Shown here: in pieces, positions 30,197-32,000 of the stretch
Layout: each line of letters opens with the position of its first letter
Numbering within the stretch: the first letter of the stretch is position 1
NCBI RefSeq assembly: GCF_000011465.1
Contig: NC_005072.1
Coordinates: forward strand, 990,001-1,022,000
Length of the DNA stretch: 32,000 nt
Direction of reading: 5' to 3'
DNA from: Prochlorococcus marinus subsp. pastoris str. CCMP1986
Lineage (GTDB): Bacteria; Cyanobacteriota; Cyanobacteriia; PCC-6307; Cyanobiaceae
Translations under genes and position numbers: made by a program
Notes under the pieces: model-generated
What the model was told of the DNA's origin: nothing
Databases searched by the model: none
The model's input: the letters and a program-made list of their open reading frames with translations, nothing else

Positions 30197-31315
30197 CTAT
30201 CCTTTCGTCAAGTGTTGTTGATCTTTGTTTTGGCCTTGCCACACTGGAACAGTAAAATGAAAGCATGAACCTTCACCAACTTCTGATACAACCCATATTC
30301 TCCCTCCATGAACTTCAACAATTCTTCTGCAAACAGATAGGCCAATACCAAATCCTGATGTTCCCTCAGATGTCTGTGGCAATCTAACTCTATCAAGAAA
30401 TATTCTTTTTTGCTCACTTACTGGAATTCCAGCACCTTTGTCACAAATCGTTATTTCTACCCATTGATTTGTTTTATGAATCAATGTAATTTTAATTCTT
30501 CCAGAATTTTCTGAAAATTTAAGGGCATTTTCAATTAAGTTTAAAAATACCTGTCTCATTCTTCTTTGATCTGCATATACGCTTGGGAGATCAGATGGTA
30601 TGTCAGTGTCAATTTCTATCTTCCTTAATCTCCAAAACTTTTCTAATTCAAGAATTGCCTCAGCACTTATGTTTCCTAAATCAATTTTTTGAGGATTAAA
30701 AAGAGCTTCCCATTTAGTTGTTCCAACCTCAAGAAGATCTTGAGATAAAAGTTCAATTTCTTCTAAACGTCGTTTAATTACGTCTTGCAATTTTTTTATA
30801 TCAATTTGTCCTAGTTTTTGACTTTGAATAGCAAGAGTTGCTGCCGTCAGTGGCGTTCTCAATTCATGTGCAACCATTCTTAAAAGTCTTTCTTGTGATT
30901 CAATTCTTTTTGTAAGTGTTTCGTTTTCTTGTCTAAGAACCAATAATTCTTCCTCAAGGAGAAACTCTTTTTGGGTTCTGATTGAATCTATTTTAGAAGG
31001 TTGAAGATTAATACCTAAATCTTTTGTAACTCCTTCTTGTTTCCATCTAGGCAACCAAGTCTGCAACTGAACAAAAATATTACTTCCTGCAAATATTTGC
31101 TTTGGAGCTGGTGAAACCTTAATAAGAGCCGGAATAGCAACCAATCTATGCAATTCAAGCAGTTCAGGTTGTTCTGTCGGTTCAGAAATCTGAAGAGAAA
31201 TCTCAAACTCGCAGTCATCAGACTCTAAATAAGATAGTAATAATTTAAGATCGCCTCTAGAAAGATGATTTCTAGCAGCTACTAATATTAATTTTAATTC
31301 TTTTTTTTCATTCAA
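30197..31315 (-). CDS. sasA: clock-output sensor histidine kinase SasA (KaiB-like N-terminal domain + HisKA + HATPase)
   Basis: 372-aa ORF. The N-terminal ~95 residues have the KaiB/thioredoxin-like pattern (LKLILVAAR..., [12 protein letters not shown]). These are followed by a coiled linker, the H-box [13 protein letters not shown] and the N/G boxes ([24 protein letters not shown]). The only start-type codon is TTG at 31313-31315. Confidence 0.85.
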   Translation of the reverse strand: MNEKKELKLILVAARNHLSRGDLKLLLSYLESDDCEFEISLQISEPTEQPELLELHRLVAIPALIKVSPAPKQIFAGSNIFVQLQTWLPRWKQEGVTKDLGINLQPSKIDSIRTQKEFLLEEELLVLRQENETLTKRIESQERLLRMVAHELRTPLTAATLAIQSQKLGQIDIKKLQDVIKRRLEEIELLSQDLLEVGTTKWEALFNPQKIDLGNISAEAILELEKFWRLRKIEIDTDIPSDLPSVYADQRRMRQVFLNLIENALKFSENSGRIKITLIHKTNQWVEITICDKGAGIPVSEQKRIFLDRVRLPQTSEGTSGFGIGLSVCRRIVEVHGGRIWVVSEVGEGSCFHFTVPVWQGQNKDQQHLTKG

Positions 31316-31421
31316 ATCATTTGCCCAGAATTTTTGATAAGCTGTTTTTGCTTATAAACACATTAAGATATTTATATATATTTTACAGTTAAGCTATCAA
31401 ACATATAGACGATATTTAGAA

Positions 31422-31964
31422 ATGGTTGCTAATATTCAAAACAATAATAATAATTACAGTGGATATACTTCCCCTGAAGTAAGCATAGATAGTAATTTAA
31501 AAAGATGGTTTTCTCGTAATATTGGACTTTGGAAATCCAATAGGACATATTTTCTCGAAGAAGAAAGGAAAACTTACAACCTTTGCATGTTCATAAATAT
31601 TGAGTCTCTTGAAAATAAAAAAGAATGGGAATCTCATTATAAATTCACTTGGTATCCAGAAAAGAAATATAGTTTTTTTGATGAACATCCCAAATATAGA
31701 GAAAGAGGAGAAATGCAAGCATTTATAAAGGACCACCAATTAATAAGAGAAAAATTTTATTTAAGTGATATTGATGGAATATCCAATATTAAACAAGTTG
31801 ATGAACATGAAATGATTTTCGAATCATCTTATGAAGATTGGTACATTCTTGAACACACAAGACTTATTGAGGGAGATAATTATAGATATAGAGTTATATA
31901 TTCATGGAACAAAGATAAACTTAAAATAGTAGAGAATCATCATGAAATAAAAATTATTACATAA
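31422..31964 (+). CDS. hypothetical protein with weak CpcS/CpeS-like (phycobilin lyase, lipocalin-fold) resemblance
   Basis: 180-aa ATG-initiated ORF. WFSRNIGLWKSNRTYF resembles the N-terminal FF..S.G.W.S.R(S/T) signature of the CpcS/CpeS family, and length and beta-rich character fit. Otherwise highly diverged, so the family call is tentative. Confidence 0.5.
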   Translation: MVANIQNNNNNYSGYTSPEVSIDSNLKRWFSRNIGLWKSNRTYFLEEERKTYNLCMFINIESLENKKEWESHYKFTWYPEKKYSFFDEHPKYRERGEMQAFIKDHQLIREKFYLSDIDGISNIKQVDEHEMIFESSYEDWYILEHTRLIEGDNYRYRVIYSWNKDKLKIVENHHEIKIIT

Positions 31965-32000
31965 ATTCTTTTAGCCTATTAAGTTTAAAAATAAAAAATG

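Overview
This is strongly AT-rich, densely packed bacterial DNA. The gene content and order (hom-sufE-...-ruvC-chlI, cytM/petG, trxA-Yfr1-guaB, gyrA-crtL, leuA, folD-crtE, cobB-opcA-zwf-petH, tRNA-Glu, sasA) match a marine picocyanobacterium. It is most consistent with a core-genome stretch of a high-light-adapted Prochlorococcus marinus; that taxon call rests on remembered protein families and synteny, not a search. I call 32 protein-coding genes (one cut by the left edge), one tRNA-Glu(UUC) and one small RNA. Two are absent from the ORF track: the 39-codon petG and the Yfr1-type sRNA in the guaB-trxA spacer. I see no CRISPR array, transposase, integrase, phage gene, restriction-modification gene, toxin-antitoxin pair or other accessory-island hallmark, and no compositional island apart from the two RNA genes. 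I therefore find no convincing evidence for a previously undescribed multi-gene system; this looks like an ordinary housekeeping region. The leads most worth a second look are: (1) the ferredoxin-NADP reductase N-terminus, where a predicted membrane helix sits in place of the usual CpcD domain; (2) a GGPP synthase gene apparently operonic with an uncharacterised divergent-PAP2 membrane protein; (3) a divergent CpcS/CpeS-like protein divergent from sasA; (4) an 86-aa Cys-containing orphan at the head of an incomplete peptide-type ABC importer operon; (5) a short 7TM-HD (PgpH-like) protein lacking the large extracellular domain. Several genes can only start at GTG or TTG, so listed start coordinates are less certain than stops.
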